Shown here: positions 1 to 12,168 of the stretch, piece after piece
Position numbering within the stretch: position 1 is the stretch's first letter
Layout of the letters: each line of letters starts with the position of its first letter
Assembly: GCF_018350175.1 (NCBI RefSeq)
Contig: NC_058369.1
Location: 25,298,001 to 25,362,000, forward strand
Length of the DNA: 64,000 nt
Direction of reading: 5' to 3'
Source of the DNA: Felis catus
Taxonomy: Eukaryota
Program-made: the position numbers and the translations under genes
The notes under the pieces: model-generated
Databases searched by the model: none
What the model was told of the DNA's origin: nothing
The model's input: the letters and a program-made list of their open reading frames with translations, nothing else

Positions 1-85
1 AAGTGTTTCTTCTTGGGCTTTACTCACATCACCATATGATTGAGTAAACAGGGAAGGCAGAGCAACACTCTTGCTCCCTTTCCAG

Positions 86-88
<3 letters not shown>

Positions 89-122
<34 letters not shown>

Positions 123-124
123 AC
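89..124. repeat. (CA)n microsatellite
   Basis: Read directly. Confidence 0.95.
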
Positions 125-503
125 CACCTCCCAGCTCACTGCCCAGCCTGGCAACTGACAGCCTCTGAAAACATGCTGCAGAGTGCAGAGTGCTCCAACT
201 TTTCTAAAGGAGTACAGAGGACACAAGAAAGAAAAGGCCTAAATGTCCATTCCAAACCTTGTTAGAATGACATCCCTCAGGACCAAGGATTGAGAGGCCC
301 TCCTATTTACCTTCTAGGGAGGCCATACGCCAGTTGGGGGTAGGGGGTGGGTGGTAGGGGAGGGGAGAACCACATACATCAAAGGGTCAAATTTGGTCAG
401 GAAATAAAGGTAGTAAATTGTCATTTGGCAACATCCTCCCCATTCTGGTCTTCTCCATTGATTCCTTGCCTCTCATTCCCCCCCCCCCTTTTTTTAAAGA
501 ACA

Positions 504-727
504 TTTTATTTTTTATTTTTTTAATTTTTTAAAGTTTATTTATTTAAAGAGAGAGAGAACAGGAGAGGGGCACAGAGACAGGAGAGAGAGAGAATCTCAA
601 GCAGGCTCCCACTGGAGCTGTCAGTGCTGAGCCCAATGCAGGGCTCCAACCCGTGAACTGTGAGATCATGACCTGAGCAGAAATCAAGAGTTGGACGCTC
701 AACCGACTGAGCCACCCAGACGCCCCC
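504..727 (-). mobile_element. Can-SINE
   Basis: T-rich tail, GA tract, tRNA-derived head ending GCCACCCAGACGCCCC. Confidence 0.9.
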
Positions 728-1489
728 TTCATCCCCTCTTTTTACCCAGGACCCTTCAGAATATTTGTGAGACTGTAAGAAGTGAATCTCTGTACTGAGA
801 GCTGAGATAAAATGAGGGGGCTGGGCCTCTACATGGCCTCCATGGACCATACCGTCCTCCAGACTACAGTGGAGCCCAGCTGTGTACGTAGGTGACCAGA
901 GGATGAAGCCCTCCTCAAATACAACATATGGGCTCATGTACCACAGCCAAGATTGCCTGTGGCCCAGTCACAATTTCAGCCATCCCTCACCACCCCTGAC
1001 TGATCCACCTCTCCTGCCTCCACTGCCTGGCTCTCTGCCTGGTCCACATTAGTGGGCAAGAAACTGATGCTGCCTCCATTCCAGTTTGGAATGAAGCTGG
1101 AGATTAAACAGATTAAATCATCTTTAAGCTGTTGGTGAAATGTAAATATATTTCCCCAATTTACCTAAAACCTAACCAGATAAGAAAAACCCTTAATATA
1201 AAGACTGGATTTTGTTAGGAGTCAAATTATCCCCTGAAACATAAGAAAGGGTAAAGTGATGATAGAAATAATTTGAATCCTGGAATCATTTTTAGCAGAG
1301 AAAAACTAAAGACAGTTTTAATAAGCAGTGGTTAGAATCACTGAGCCAAGCTTCAATTTTATTTTCGGTATTATGCTCAAGTAGTATGTTTTATATACTA
1401 ATCAAGACATTAAAGGTAAAGGGTGTTCCCAGCCAGGCTCCCAGCAGGCTTGGGTGCAAGTTTCCCAAGGCTTTAGGGGAGCAGTATGC

Positions 1490-2100
1490 GGAGAACTGGC
1501 AGGGTCCTGAGAGCCCCAGCCTCTGTCCTAGCCTTCTAAGGCTGCCGGGATGCTAGCCCGGCCACGGGCAGTCCTGGATCCCAGGAGGTAGATGTCCACT
1601 TCACAGATGGGGAAGCAGAGATTCAGTGAGGAGGTCCTAAACTCGTCTGACTCCCTCGTCGCCTTCCTCCTCCCTCCTTCCCTCACACTGCTTCTGGTGC
1701 CCCGCAGTCTTCCCAAACTGATCTTGGCTCCGCCAAGAGTGCCCAGAGGCCCGGAACGAGGACTGGAGGTAGTCCTGGGGCAGACGACCGAACCCCGCGC
1801 CCGGAAATCCGTGGACCCGCAACCCCAAAGTGCCGGAGGCGGTGCGTGCTGCAGCCACTAAACAGAATTCACGGTTCCACCGCCACTTCCCATTTTTTCC
1901 CCCCAGGAGGAAAAGAGGACCGAGGCGCCCAGTGTCCACGGTAACCCCTAGGGGGCGCGCGTGGTCCAGATCGGAGACGCCAGAACAATCCTGGACCGCG
2001 CCACTGCGAGCGCACTTCATTCTAGGGCAAAAGCCCCAGCGCAGGTGCAAATACTGGCTGTTAGAAGACCCGGTGCTAACTTTGGGGGTAAGTAGAGTTC
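1490..2100. promoter_or_regulatory. CpG-rich patch with CTCF-like and RFX-like motifs
   Basis: The clearest non-SINE CpG-dense stretch in the window; CCCCTAGGGGGCGC 1945-1958; GTGTCCACGGTAAC 1932-1945. Confidence 0.6.
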
Positions 2101-2459
2101 GGGAAGTGGTAACAAAAAAGGGTTAAATATGGGCTTTCAGTAAAAAATATGGGCTTTTAGTAACTGTATGGCTTTGAGCAATTAATTCACTGAGCCACTC
2201 TTTGAGTGTCAATTTTCTCAGTGGTCACACAGGAATGAATGATGTGGATGAAGTCCTCAGTGGGTTTTTGAAATAAGCAAATGGCTATGAGGAGTGCTAC
2301 TACTGCAAGCAGTAGACCAGGAGTTGATGCAGACAGGCCCAGGGGCAGCTGGAACCCAGACAGTAGCTTAGAGAAATGGGCACTTTTACCTCCTTCAGGA
2401 GCTAGTGCCCTGGTTTGGATCTGCACTAGACTGGAAGGCTATGGGCCATATCCTGTTTA

Positions 2460-3060
2460 CCATTCATTCATTCATTCATTCAACAAGTGCCATGGAATTC
2501 CTGCACTACATCAGGCATTATGCCAGAAGCTGGGAACCAGTTGAACAATCAGATACTGTACACAACAGACACGGTCCCAGCTGTCATAGAACCAACAAAC
2601 AAATGTTCCATGGGAAACGCTGGCATTACTCAACTACATGCCCGGGGGATAATTAAAATTAGATGGATTGCCTCTAAGGAAGTGGTGGCTGAGATGAGGT
2701 ACCTGGACAAAGGAGAGGGGAGCAAGGACAGGAAGAATGTTCTAGTCAGAGGGAGCAGCATATGCAAAGGCCCTGGGGGATTGAGAGCATGGCATCTTCA
2801 AGGAACCAAAAGAGGCCAGTGTGATTGGAGAGCAGTGAGATATGGAAGAATGGTACAAGGTGAGCTCAAAAGGCCTGCAGGGATAGGCAGGCATGACGTT
2901 GTACCCTGGTTTGAACCTTAGAGTACCCAGCGGCTTCTGAGAGGTTTAAGGGCAATAGCAGGACTGTATTTTGAAAAGGTCCCTGCATCCCAAGTGCCAG
3001 GCACAGGGTACTACCCTGTGTGTAGTAGGCATTTGATACATACTTGTTAACTGAATAAGT
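2460..3060. mobile_element. L2 fragments
   Basis: CATTCATTCATTCAACAA 3' end motif; GAGGGAGCAGCATATGCAAAGGCCCTG body motif. Confidence 0.6.
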
Positions 3061-3229
3061 TACTAGGATCATTATTGAAATTCTGGGATTTAATGTCCTG
3101 AATGCAAAAATCATTAAAAACCCTGGAAAAGCGTCCAACCCTACTAAAGTTCTAAATAATGCAAATAAAATAAAATGCATAAAGTTTTCTTGTCTTTTAA
3201 GGTTATTTATACTATAAAGCCCTTTATTA

Positions 3230-3625
3230 TCTTTAATAGACTATTTTTAAGAACAATTTTAGATTTACAGAAAAATCAAGAAGATAATACAGAGAGTACC
3301 CATATACCCTGTCTCTAGTTTTCTTTATTATTAACATATTACATTAGTATAGTACAGTTATAATTAATAAACCAATATTGATACGTTATCATTACTGAAG
3401 TCCAAATTTTATTCAGACTTCCTTAGTTTTTACCTCATGTCTTTTTTCTGTTCCAGCATCCCATCCAGGACACCACATAACTTGTAGTTGCCATGTCTCA
3501 GGGTCCTTTTGACTGTGACAGTTTCCCAGACTGCCCTTGTATTAGAAGAACATTGGTTAGGTACTTTGTAGGATGCCCCTCTATTGGGATTTGTCTGATG
3601 TTTCTCTCATGATATTACTGGATAT
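3230..3625 (-). mobile_element. Old L1 (L1MC-like) 3' UTR fragment
   Basis: TTTAGATTTACAGAAAA...CCCATCCAGGACACCACAT motifs, related to the copy at 9236-9680. Confidence 0.7.
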
Positions 3626-3642
3626 TACTATGTTTTTACTTT

Positions 3643-3869
3643 TTTTTTTTTTTTTTAATTTTTTTTTTCAACGTTTATTTATTTTTGGGACAGAGAGAGA
3701 CAGAGCATGAACGGGGGAGGGGCAGAGAGAGGGAGACACAGAATCGGAAACAGGCTCCAGGCTCTGAGCCATCAGCCCAGAGCCCGACCCGGGGCTCGAA
3801 CTCACGGACCGCGAGATCGTGACCTGGCTGAAGTCGGACGCTTAACCGACTGCGCCACCCAGGCGCCCC
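3643..3869 (-). mobile_element. Young full-length SINEC_Fc-type SINE
   Basis: Near-consensus, CpGs intact, long T tract. Confidence 0.95.
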
Positions 3870-3988
3870 TTTTTTTTTTTTTTTTTTTTTTAATTTTTTT
3901 TTTTCAACGTTTATTTATTTTTGGGACAGAGAGAGACAGAGCATGAACGGGGGAGGGGCAGAGAGAGGGAGACACAGAATCGGAAACA
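3870..3988 (-). mobile_element. 5'-truncated SINEC_Fc-type SINE in tandem with the previous copy
   Basis: Repeats the 3' half; the pair is flanked by TSD TACTATGTTTTTACTTT (3626-3642 / 3989-4005). Confidence 0.92.
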
Positions 3989-4820
3989 TACTATGTTTTT
4001 ACTTTAATCAAAGTTATACATAAAAAGTTTTGAAAGTCTCATTAGTTTTAATAGATGGAAAATGAAAAACAGTAACCTCTGACCTGTCCCTTGTGACCCT
4101 CACTCCCCAGAGCATCTTGGTTCAACTCTTCTTGCTATTTTCCGGCATTTGGTGCCATGTTTCTAAATCAAAGGCTGATCTTGCTTTTCCTGACCGACCA
4201 GTTTAGATGCTGGCTCCTAACTTCCTGCTCTTTATGACATATGAAAACTGTGCTCTCTTTGTGTTCTCTTCCTCTATCCACGCACTGAGGTTTGTCCTGG
4301 ATGTCTCCCTCTGCCCTTCCAGAGCCATTCTAACCTGTACAGACCTCATCAATGGACTTTCTTGCCCTCAGTCTTCAGGGTGGGTTGGGTCAATGTGGGG
4401 CACAGGCAGGCAGTTGGGGGAGGGAGAGAGCTAAAGTGTTTCTGCCCTCAGTTACCTCTCTGTCCAGGTGCTGTGGGGGCTGCATGTCTGGCATTGGTGT
4501 CAGACAGACTCTCCAGTTCCTGACAACTGCTCCCACCCCCTTGCCACCTCAGGTCTCTGTGTGTGCGGGGTGGGTAATAGCCCCCCATACTGGTACTGCA
4601 CCTTCCTTTTTGGTTTCTTTTCATCCTGCCCACAAAGCCTCTTTCATGAAGTTCTCCTCAAATTACCCCACTTGAGAGTTGTTTTGTTTTGGAATCCTGA
4701 CTAATAAATTACAATATTTTGATTAAATCAACATTCAGCATTTATATCATTGTGATAATAATTATGACACACCATTTACTTTACAGGCAAGTAGTGTTTT
4801 ATGATAATATTTCCTTTCTT

Positions 4821-4945
4821 GGGGCATCTGGGTGGCTCACTCGGTTGAGTACCCAACTCTTGGTTTCAGCTCAGGTCACGATCTCAGGGTCATGAGATCA
4901 AGCCCTGCATCAGGCTCCACACTGACAGTGCAGAGCCTGTTTGGG

Positions 4946-5015
<70 letters not shown>

Positions 5016-5032
5016 TAAATAAACTTAAAAAA
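4821..5032 (+). mobile_element. Can-SINE with (CT)n(CA)n tract
   Basis: TSD AATATTTCCTTTCTT 4806-4820 / 5033-5047. Confidence 0.92.
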
Positions 5033-5317
5033 AATATTTCCTTTCTTGTTACAACTTTTTTTGGTGTGTGTGTGTATTTAATATTTACCTTTTTAATATA
5101 ACCCTTGTTAAATTTTCCCATACAACTTTCCACATGGTCAGAGGCATTAGCTTTTCCCCTCAGGGTTTTATTTCAGGAGAATTCCCCCTGGAGTGCTCAT
5201 GCTTCTGCCCAGGGTTGGAGTCAGGGTTGGAGGTTCTTCAGGTCTCCAGCCCAGCTGTTCTTTCCTTTCCTTCCCTTCTCTCTGGTGCTAAAATCCTATT
5301 TTCTGTCTCTTTAAAAC

Positions 5318-5523
5318 TTTTTTTTATTAATTTTGTAATGTTTATTGTTTATTTTTGAGTTGGGGGGGGAGGGCAGAGAGAGACAGAGACACAGAATCTG
5401 AAGCAGGCTCCAGGCTCTGAGCTGTCAGCACAGAGCCCGACACAGGGCTCGAACCCACGAACTGTGAGATCACGACCTGAGCAGAAGTCAGAGGTTTAAC
5501 CAACTGAGCCACCCAGGGACCCC
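5318..5523 (-). mobile_element. Can-SINE
   Basis: Tail, body GCTCTGAGCTGTCAGCACAGAGCCC, head. Confidence 0.9.
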
Positions 5524-6284
5524 TCTCTTTTATGAAAATCCTCAGTTAGCTGATAGATATGCCAAGTTTATCCTTCAATTTTCTTATTATCAGCTATTTT
5601 CCATCTCCTACTCACTTCGTTCCATGCCTTAGAACATTTCTCCAACTAGATCTTCAAAATCTGATGAATTTTTATTTTATTATATTTCCTAATATCCAAG
5701 AGCAGCTCTTTCTTATTTGGTGATTGTCCCTTTTGCAGAACATCCTATTCTTGCTTAAAGGAAGTAATTCCTTCTCTTATCTCTCTGAAAAGTAGTTCCA
5801 TTCAAGTTTCCTCTATTTTCCCAAATGCCTTTTTTAGTTTGTGAACTTTTACAAATGGAATTGGATTTTTCTGGATTTTCTAGAATTATTCTTAAGGAAA
5901 TGGACATGCTATGTCAGCAGGTTAGGATTCACACTGGGTAATCAATGTCCAGAAACAAAGATCCCAGACAGGTCACATATGTCAAGAGGAAAGAGGCCCC
6001 ACTGAGCCACTCAGATGAGACACGGTCAATAAACAGCCTGGAGCAACCATGCAACTCAGCCATTGTATTTCTCAAATTGTCTCACCTATAATTTTTAATT
6101 CTCCTTTTACCTTCTATCACCAGATTTGTTTATTCTCTCCAGTACCATCTTGAACCTGAATGATACGGCTTGTGACATATACAAGTGCAGAATCATAATG
6201 ACTAGTGTTTTATTTTTATTTATTAAAAAATTTTTTTAATGTTTTATTTATTTTTGAGAGAGATGGAGACAGTGTTTTTATATT

Positions 6285-6570
6285 CAACTGTTTATTTAGC
6301 AAACATTTATTGAGTGCCTACTGTATGCCAGGCACTGGCCAGGCACTGTGCAAGGCATTGGAATAGAACATGCACAAAGTCATGAGGTTCCTGACCTCCA
6401 GGAACTCACTTTCCAGGACAGTACCTCACACTTAACAGAACCTCCTGAGTTTTGGAGGCAGCCACTGAGAGCTCTACTTAACAGATGAAGGATCTGAGGC
6501 TCACAAAGGTTTCCTGGTTTGCCTGAATGACACACAGCTATTTAGAGATTATGATGCATCATGAACCCAA
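6285..6570. mobile_element. L2 3' end followed by MIR fragment
   Basis: AAACATTTATTGAGTGCCTACTGTATGCCAGGCACT; ACAGATGAAGGATCTGAGGCTCA MIR core. Confidence 0.7.
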
Positions 6571-6658
6571 TCCTCTTTTCAAAGTGTGTAAAGAGGAGCT
6601 GTAGATAATGAACCATGGAAAGAGGGTTCAGAGTAACAGGAAGAAAGCTAAAAGGAAA

Positions 6659-7190
6659 TGGTCTTAGGGTTCTCCAGAGAAACAGAACCAACAGAATATG
6701 TAGAGATATATATAAGAAGAGATTTATTATAGGAATCTATTCCTATAGGAATAGGTTCATGCAGTCATGGACGCTGAGAAGTCCCACAATCTGCTGTCTG
6801 CCAGCTGAAGAATCAGGAGAGCTCGTGGTATAATTTAGTCCAAGTCCAAAAGCCTGAGAAATAGGGGCTGATGATATAAGTCCCAACCTGAATCTGAAAG
6901 TCTGAGACCAAGAGTACCAGTGTCCGAGGGCAAGAGAAGATGGATGTCTCAGCTCAAGCCGAGAAAGAGAATTCGCCCTTCCTCTGCCTTTTTGTTCTAC
7001 TGGGGCTTCAACCAGTTGGAAAATGCCTACCTGCATTGGGGAGGGCCATCTGCTTTAGTCAATTCACCAATTAAAATGTTAATTTTTTTTCTGGAAACAC
7101 ACATCCAGACACAATCCAGAAATAATTTTTCACCAGCTATCTGGGCATCCCTTAACCCAGTTAAGTTGACACATAAAATTAACCATCACA
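6659..7190 (-). mobile_element. MLT2-type (ERVL) solo LTR
   Basis: Minus-strand start TGTGATGGTTAATTTTATGTGTCAACTT; other end AGGGTTCTCCAGAGAAACAGAACCAA. Confidence 0.88.
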
Positions 7191-8586
7191 GAAGCCAAGG
7201 GGAAAAAGTGTTTCAAAGTATTTGCTCAGGCCCTAGCTGCCCCAGTTTACATTTAAGCAGGAGTCAGTTCAGGGCAAATGGCCGGGAACAAGGGCTCCCA
7301 ACGCACTTAGAGGAAACAGGACGGAAAGGAAGGAAGAAACACACGATGCTCATTTTGCAATTGCAGGGTGCATCTTCTCTGCTCCTCTGGAGTTAATGCC
7401 AGTGGGGGAAGAGCCTCACAGTTGAATAACTTGCACAGTTGAATAGAAGCAGCAGGTGGCAACCCCAGTGTCAGAGCCTTCGAGGGTGTGCCCTCACTGT
7501 GGAGATAGGGCCAACCAGTCCCTCTCAGTTGTGAGCAAAAAAAAAAAAAAAAAAAAAAAAAACAACAAAAAAAACCCACAGCACTCCCTGACTCTAGTCT
7601 CCCAACCTAAGGCCCTCAAGCAGGAAATTCTAGAGCTAAATTTCACTAGAGATGGAGCAAGGGAGTGACAGATTGCAAAAACAGACACAGAACAAGGCAT
7701 TGAGCCAAGTTCACGAGCAAGAGAAATCAGCCTCGCACCAGCAACAAAAACGTACAGAGAACCCTGAGGGGTCTGCAAGCACCCACCAGGCCAGGCCTCT
7801 TCTTCCTCCCAGGGAACAGCTCTGAGGATTCAGGTGAGATGGCAGCTCCATAGCCCTGCCCCACAGGTGGACCCCCCACTCCTTGGAGGGGAGATTAGCA
7901 TAGGCTGGGGGTGTGGGGACAGGAGTGGCCCCTGTCAGGGACAATGGTTCACCCTCCCCTCTCTGGAGAGGTCAGACGATGACTTCCACTGGCCTTCCCT
8001 GGTGCACATAAATATATATACTTAAACTGGAGACCTAAAATAAATTCTTCCATCGCTGCTGGCTGCCATTATGTAATGTCTCACAGTGTTTCCCTGGGAC
8101 TCTCCAGGCGGTCTCATTTATTGCCTTGGTTGTGCTTCCAGCTTTGTTCATGACTTCCAAACTGCTTTCCATAAAATTGAGCCATATGTACATTGGCTAC
8201 TCTTGACATAGTTTGTACCGTTAAAAGTATGCATATATTGTTGCGAGGCCAATGTTGAGAGTGGTGTGCAAGACCATAGATTGGATTCCTTTTTTAAAAA
8301 CTGGCAACATTTCAAGCTCGTTTTTAAAAAAAAATGTTTTTGAAATATTTTTAAATTTACAGAAAAGTTGCAAAAATAGTTCAAAGAGTACCTGTATATT
8401 CTCCACTCAGCTTCCCCTAACCTCTTACATAACCTCTTGTGTAACCGTAGCCCAATTATAGAAACCAGAAACAACATTAATATGATACTACTGCGTAATC
8501 TACAGATGTTATTGGGATTTTACCATTCTCCCTACTCGTAATGTCCTCTTTTTAAAAATAAATTTTTTAATTTTAGAATTGTTTTT

Positions 8587-9222
8587 TTTTATTTAATTTT
8601 TTATTTTTTAAAATTTACATCCAACTTAGTTAGCATATAGTGCAACAATGATTTCAGGAGTAGATTCCTTAGTGCCCCTTACCCATTTAGCCCATCCCCC
8701 CTCCCACAACCCCTCCCCTTAACCCTCCATTTGTTCTCCATATTTATGAGTCTCTTCTGTTTTGTCCCCCTCCCTGTTTTTATATTATTTTTGTTTCCCT
8801 TCCCTTATGTTCATCTGTTTTGTCTCTTAAAGTCCTCATATGAGTGAAGTCATGTGATTTTTGTCTTTCTCTGACTGACTGACTTCACTTAGCATAATAC
8901 CCTCTAGTTCCATCCACGTAGTTGCAAATGGCAAGATTTCATTCTTTTTGATTGCTGGGTAATACTCCATTGTATATGTATACCACATCTTCTTTGTCCA
9001 TGCAACCATTGATGGACATTTGGGCTCTTTCCATACTTTGGCTGTTGTTGATAGTGCTGCTATAAACATGGGGGTGCATGTGTCCCTTCGAAACAGCACA
9101 CATGTATCCCGTGTATAAATGCCTAGTAGTGCCATTGCTGGGTCATAGGGTAGTTCTGTTTTTAGTTTTTTGAGGAACCTCCATACTGTTTTCCAGAGTG
9201 GCTGCGCCAGCTTGCATTCCCA
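8587..9222 (-). mobile_element. Young 5'-truncated L1 (L1_Fc-type): ORF2 C-terminus plus 3' UTR
   Basis: [20 protein letters not shown]...[26 protein letters not shown] 8574-8586 / 9223-9235. Confidence 0.95.
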
Positions 9223-9954
9223 TAGAATTGTTTTTAAAATCACAGAAAAATTGAGAAGAGTACTGAGTTCCCAGGTACTCATACCCAGTTTCCCCTTCCA
9301 TTAACATTTTATGTTAGTATACTATATTTGCCACAATAAATGAATCAATATTAATATGTAATTATTAACTACAGCCCATACATTATTCAGATTTCTTTCT
9401 TTTTTCTGTAATGCCACTTTTATGTGCCAGGATCCCATCTGAAATACCACATGATATTTAGTTGTTATCCTGCTTAGGTGCCTCTGGGCTGTGACGGTTT
9501 CTCAGACTTTTCTTGTTTTTGATGACTTTGACAGTTTTGAGTACTGATCAGGTATTTTGTAGGCTGCCCCTCAACTGTAATCTGTCTGGTGTTTTTCTCA
9601 TGAACAGATGGGGATATGGGTTTCTGAGAGAAAGACCACAGAATTGAAGTGTCATTCTTGTCACGTTGTACTGATGGTCCACTAACGTCCTATTTCTGGT
9701 CCAGGCTCCATCTGGAATCCTGCAATGCGTTTAGTTGTCATGTCTCCTTAGTCCCCAGTCTCTGAAAGTTCCTCAGTCTTTGTGCTTCATGATCTTGACA
9801 CTTTTGAAGAGTATTCAAAAATGTTCCTTAATTTGGAATTGTCTGATGTTTTTTTATGACTGGATTCAAGTTATGAAATTTTGGTAAGAATGCCAGAAAA
9901 ATGATGTTGTGTATCATATCATGGGGGACATGGTGTCACTATGTATTATTTCAC

Positions 9955-10620
9955 TTTTTAAAAAGTTTTTATTTATTTATTTATTTAGAGAAAGCATAAG
10001 TAGGGGAGGGGCAGAGAGAAAGGGGGGCAGCGGATCTGAAGCAGGCTTTGCACCGACAGCAGAGAGCCCAATGAGGGGCTCGAACTCTCAAACCATGAGA
10101 TCATGACCTGAAGTCAGACACTTAACCAACTGAGTCACCCAGGTGCCCCTTATTTTCTTTTTTTCCTCATATTTATTTATTTTTGAGAGAGAGAGAGACA
10201 GACAGACAGACAGAGCATGAGCAGGGGAGGAGCAGAGAGAAAGGGAGACACAGAATCCAAAGCAGGCTCCAGTCTCTGAGCTGTCAGCACAGAGCCCAAC
10301 GCAGGGCTCAAACCCATGAACCTCAAGATCATGACCTGAGTCAAAGTGGGAAGCTTAACCAACTGAGCCACCCAGGCGCCCCTTTACTTTTTTTAAGTAA
10401 GTGCTACAACCCAATGTGGGGACTGAACTCATATCCCCAAGATGAAGAGTTGCATGCTCTACTGATTGAACCAGCCAGGCACCCTTCTTATTTTACTTCT
10501 TTTTTCTTTTTAAACATTTTATTTATTTAAGTACTCTCCACACCCAATGTGGGGCTTGAACTCACAACCCCAAGATCAAGAGTCTCATGCTCTTCCAACT
10601 GAGTCAGCCAGGCTCCCCCT
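9955..10620 (-). mobile_element. Four head-to-tail Can-SINEs (about 9955-10149, 10170-10382, 10388-10485, 10500-10619)
   Basis: Four heads ending in GCACCC/GCGCCCC-like motifs, separated by TTATTTTACTT-like spacers. Confidence 0.88.
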
Positions 10621-10976
10621 CTTATTTTACTTTTGATCACTTGGTTAAGATGGTGTCTTCCAGATGTCTCCACTGTAACATTACCATCTTGTCTTTGTAC
10701 TTCATTTCTTGGTGGTGATACTTTGAGATGACACAAATATCCTGTTATCCTCAACTTCTGCTAGCTAATTTTAGCATCCATGAGTGGATCTTGCATCCAA
10801 CAATCATTTTTGGGATGTTCTAATGCTGATTTTTCTATTTCCCTTATTCCTTCTACATTTGTTAATTGAAATTCTCCTATAAGGAGATGCCCCTTCCTCC
10901 CATTAATTTATTTATTCATTTAATTATTTATGTAAGCATGGACTAATGAATGTTGTGTGGGTTTTGTTCTAATGCC

Positions 10977-10978
<2 letters not shown>

Positions 10979-11020
<42 letters not shown>

Positions 11021-11023
11021 TTT
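10979..11023. repeat. (TTTC)n microsatellite
   Basis: Read directly. Confidence 0.95.
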
Positions 11024-11399
11024 CAAATTGTTCCAGCTTTGGCCACTAAGAGCCCCTTCAAGATGGGTCCTGTATTCTTTCAACATGCCCCCATAATTTT
11101 TTGAGCATGTCCTACTTCCTGGTAAACAAAATGCCCTGGGATCACCTTGTATTTTCCCTATTCCAGTGCTAGCTAGATCCAATAATTTCTTCGAAAATTT
11201 CTGGCTCTTTTTATCAGAGAATCACCTTTTGAAACCAGTATCTGGACATTAAATGTGCTCATTGCTGCTGGGGTGTCTTTGCTTGTAGGCTGTGTCATCA
11301 AACACAGCTAGGAAATATGTCCACGTGGACTAGCATATGCATATATATATATATATACCTATATTTGTTTCTTTATCCATGTATATTCAGGGGTTCTCC

Positions 11400-12168
11400 A
11401 GGGTATTTCTTAGGACTTTCATGTCTAATAGTAAAGGTTAATGGAAAACCAAAACAACCAAGAAAAGCAGGTACAATTAAGTACCTAGAGTCTTTGAGAA
11501 TTAAGGTTTGGGTCACCCCAACCAGCTGAGGTTCTGCCTGAGGGTGAGGGAAATAGTGAGTGGTGGTAAAGAAGAAAGTCATAGATACCAGTTATAGCCT
11601 TATGACCAATTATAGAAACCACATTTTATTTGCTTGTCATACATATATGTTTATTTGTATACGCTAACCATTTTCTTCTTTCTTCTTCTTCCCATTTTAT
11701 GTACAGATTGCTGAAGCTAACTTTACAGTTTAGATTTTAGGTAACAGAATTTTCCGTGAGACTGTGGTTGAATTTAAGGGTTAATTAACATAGTCAATGA
11801 TGGATACAATAACTGTTGGGACTGTTTCCTCATTAGGGGGAGAGGATGAAAATTTCTTCATTTCTTTTTTTTTTTTAATGTTTTATTTGTTCTTGAAAGA
11901 GAGTGTGTGAGCAGGGAAAGGGCAGGGGCGGGGTGGGGGGCAGCAGCAAGCCCAATGTGGGTATTCAATTCATGAACCGTGAGATCATGACCTGAGCCTA
12001 AGTTAGACGCCCAACTGACTGAGCCACCTAAGCACCCTGAAAATCTCTTCATTTCTCACATAAAAAGGTGTATCTTGTTAGGTGGAATTATAGAGAGGTT
12101 TTGTTACATGAGAGTTCAAATGTGGGTAAAAGGTAGCATATGAAACATGAGTTGACAAAAGCGTGAAC
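11400..12168 (+). mobile_element. ERVL internal 3' fragment (degraded coding tail plus 3' UTR), containing a minus-strand SINE at about 11866-12037
   Basis: IVKVNGKPKQP...IKVWVTP resembles recalled ERVL VIKVNGKLQQP...MKVWVTPP; abuts LTR; SINE TSD TGAAAAT(T/C)TCTTCATTTCT. Confidence 0.75.

Larger units (their letters stand above)
8330..11385 (-). mobile_element. Old L1MC-like 3' region, interrupted by a second old L1, a young L1 and four SINEs; resumes at about 12910-13330
   Basis: TTTACAGAAAAGTTGCAAAAATAG start; continuity across inserts (e.g. TTTGATCACTTGGTTAAGATGGTGTC at 10632). Confidence 0.65.

Noticed and set aside
1592..2126. ORFs in the CpG patch as IL17RD coding exon 1
   Set aside because: None resembles the recalled IL17RD signal-peptide exon; open frames are expected in GC-rich DNA
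2125..2163. 19-bp direct repeat AAATATGGGCTTT(C/T)AGTAA
   Set aside because: Ordinary short tandem duplication with no supporting context
6920..7396. 158-aa ORF
   Set aside because: Starts at GTG inside the MLT2 LTR; no recognisable domain
9946..10634. CRISPR-like repeat-spacer appearance (also 58080-58700)
   Set aside because: Mammalian DNA, no cas genes; explained by TSD re-use and an L1 minisatellite
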